Positions 61,444 through 64,000 of a stretch of 64,000 nucleotides of DNA are shown piece after piece. Origin of the DNA: Rhizodiscina lignyota. Lineage: Eukaryota. Made by a program: the position numbers and the translations under genes. The notes beneath the pieces are model-generated. The model saw nothing but the letters and a program-made list of their open reading frames with translations. It ran no database searches and was not told the origin of the DNA. Numbering within the stretch: the first letter of the stretch is position 1; the number at the start of each line of letters is the position of its first letter. Location: positions 1,798,001 through 1,862,000 of the forward strand of contig ML978125.1 of NCBI GenBank assembly GCA_010015805.1. Direction: 5' to 3'.

Positions 61444-64000
61444 ATGTACGAAGATGCGTGGTACAGCTCACTTGTACCGCGCGCCGCCAGTGGTGCGAAG
61501 AAAGTGCAGCACAAGCGGCGCGAGTCCCTGTTGAAGCAACCGGAAGTAAGCCAGCTGTACTTACCCATTAATTGTACTGAAGTTGATTGTTCTGCAGGAG
61601 GGGAGTCAAGCTGACATTCCGGCTGTAGAGGACATAGCTGAGGATGTTGACGACCCGGGTATATCGAAAGGGCCGCCCAAAGCCACGGTAGCCAGACGAG
61701 CGAAATCATACAGCGATTTCTATGAAGTCGTTCGAGCTCATATCAAGAAGGAGCGTCAGCAATATCTGGAAAAAGAGAAGAAGAGAAAGACTCGGGAACA
61801 ACTTCAGACCGAGGCAGACTTTGAGAGATGGTACTCTGGCATCAGCCAGGATTTGCTGGACGCAGGGCACGAAGAATATCGGTTGGTTACGAATAATTCC
61901 CAGGCATGGATGTATGCTGATTCTTAAATTCAGTGTCTACCGAGACCAGCTTCGGTTGACAGAGAATCATCTCGACACCCTGCAGGATAATACGATCTCC
62001 ACTCTCGAACTCTTATCCTCCCTATCGGATGCGTTCAAAGCGGTCGAGGCACAGACATCCACGTTCCGGGCACAGTGCGAAGGTCTCCTGCAGGACCAGA
62101 AGCGAATCACAACATTGGCAGACGAGATTGGCGAAAATCTGCAATATTATGCGTACCTCGACCCCATCACAAGGAGGCTGAATGCTCCTGGAGCAGGCAA
62201 TTTCGTGAGAGGGAGGGAATTCTCAGAGATGCTGTCGAACCTGGACGCCTGTATCGAATACATGCAGTCGCATGTGAGTACATGACATTTCTTGCAGTAT
62301 CTGTTCTAACTGGTTATCAGCCCAATCAACGAGAGGCCGCAAACTACCGCTCCCGCTACCGACTGCTTCTAACCCGTGCTTTAACTCTCATACGAGTACA
62401 TTTCACCAATTCCCTTCGAGAAATCGCGGCAGATGTCTCCAGACGCATTGCAGATCGCCAGCTGAACGATACCACAATGTCTGCCCTGCTCTATGCCAAG
62501 TTCAGAGTGCCTGCTGCCGAGCTGAAGCAGACGGGCCTGGAAATCGCGAAGCGAGCCGTCCCACCTCCGGGTGCAGAGGCTGGAGCGGAAGCTGAATATC
62601 AAAGTCTGATGAATGAACTCTACCAGAGTTACTCGACGACCCGTGGACGTTTGATCCTGCCACTGATCACGAAAAAGATGACCGAAATTTCGATGGCACC
62701 TAGCTCGTCTAAGGATCTCGTATCATTTGCTCGTACAGCAATAAGTTACGTTCGTGGGATATGCTTTGACGAGTATGACCTGTGGCGTGAGTGGTTCGAT
62801 GATGAAGGTGGACTCTACGACTTTCTTGAAGCAATGTGTGAACCTCTTTATGACCACCTCAGACCAAGGACGATTCATGAAACACAGCTACTCAAGTTGT
62901 GCGAGCTATGCACGTTGATTCAAACTCGCTATATGGAAGACGAGGACGAAGATGAAGAGGATTTGGATATTTCTAGGCTCGACTTCGCTGCACTCATTCA
63001 TCCTGCCTTGGAAGACGCACAGGCTCGTCTGATTTTCCTTTCTCTGGCTGTTCTACGTAACGACATTGAGAACTACAAGCCGAAACCAGAGGACCTAAAC
63101 TACCCAGCTCGTACTCGCCGATCATCTGTCGCGACCTCGAAGGGCAACCAGCCAGTTCTCTCCGGACGAAAAGGGAGCAACGTACCGCGAACGCCAGTGC
63201 CGAATACTCCACAGGTCGTCGAAGAAGATGGCGTAGATTCCGCATTCACATTTCACCCCAAAAATCAAGACTGGTATCCTCCACTGCGCAAAGCAGTATG
63301 GTTGCTTAGCCGCATATATCGCCTAGTCAACTCAGTTATCTTCGATGACTTGGCCCATCAGATTGTGCATCAGACGACGCTCTCCATTGTCACCGCTTCA
63401 AACCTCATTTCCAAATCAGCATCGCCGACGGACGGGAATCTCTTCCTTCTTAAGCATTTGCTACTGCTCAAGCAGCAGATTGTTGCCTTCGATATTGAAT
63501 TCGTATCAGCGGATGTCAACATTGATTTCAATTCTTTCACTGCTACATTCTTCGAGCTCCGCGAGCGAGGCGGGCTATTCGATCCGCGGAATTGGGGGAG
63601 ATGGCTCGTTCCGAGGGTGGTTCGAGATATGCGAGACGCGAAGGGCGAGCTTGACGGCAGGCTGAGGAACGTCATTAACGAATTCACGCAAAGCGTTGCG
63701 GACAGGATGACTGCGAGTCTGCCGAAATCCGACCCCGCCAATCCGCCTGCGGGCCAGAAGAAAGGCAAGCAGATCGATCCAAGAGCCGCGACAGAAGAAG
63801 TGCGAAAGCAGATAGAAAAAGACGTGCCATTCCTTCGGAAGAAGCTAGAGGAGTACATTGAGGATATGAGGACGAGAGAGACTTTGGTGGCTGCCGTTAT
63901 GGACGTCACGGTACAGGCGTACGAGGACTGGTACCAGCGGCACCACGCAGGCGCGAAGAAGGGCAAGGGCAAAGGAAGAGAGGATGAAGTCTGGGACCCG
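61444..64000 (+). CDS. COG3: Conserved oligomeric Golgi complex subunit 3 (Sec34); runs off the window end
   Basis: MYEDAWY, HKRRESLLKQP, RRAKSYSDFY, LQYYAYLDPITRRLNAPGAG, YRSRYRLLLTRALTLIR, WYPPLRKAVWLLSRIYRLVNS, LFLLKHLLLLKQQIVAFDIE. Confidence 0.93.

Noticed and set aside
63370..63972. Long antisense ORFs (also 19885-20667, 53565-54239, 13941-14726, 26926-27654)
   Set aside because: They are shadows of real coding sequence on the opposite strand and carry no recognisable motifs.

Overview
Intron-rich genomic DNA from a filamentous ascomycete (Pezizomycotina; inferred from gene content and GT-AG/CTRAY introns). No rRNA, tRNA or CRISPR array was seen. Both ends carry housekeeping genes in tight divergent pairs (VPS41/MRP49 on the left; TSR3/GGA2 and FMP25/COG3 on the right). 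The middle (~10-52 kb) is accessory-looking: transporters, three further Zn2Cys6-type transcription factors, an epoxide hydrolase, a putative aromatic/pyridine catabolic cluster (2OG-Fe oxygenase, MFS, FAD monooxygenase, TF, class II aldolase-type decarboxylase), a DUR3-like transporter, a dienelactone hydrolase and a HET-domain gene. The most unusual signal is a gene family I cannot assign to any known family, present in four copies (13.3-14.8 kb +, 14.8-15.3 kb -, 43.3-44.2 kb -, 44.7-46.5 kb -). Its architecture is an acidic N-terminus, a putative UDG-like alpha/beta domain, a variable array of exact 19-aa repeats and two zinc fingers. The copies sit directly at the 3' ends of host genes and are bracketed by duplicated host-gene ends: a ~150-bp direct duplication of an MFS gene end and a perfect 41-bp inverted duplication of a TF gene end. 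This suggests a possibly undescribed selfish or mobile element. Exon boundaries and family assignments were made by eye, without database searches.
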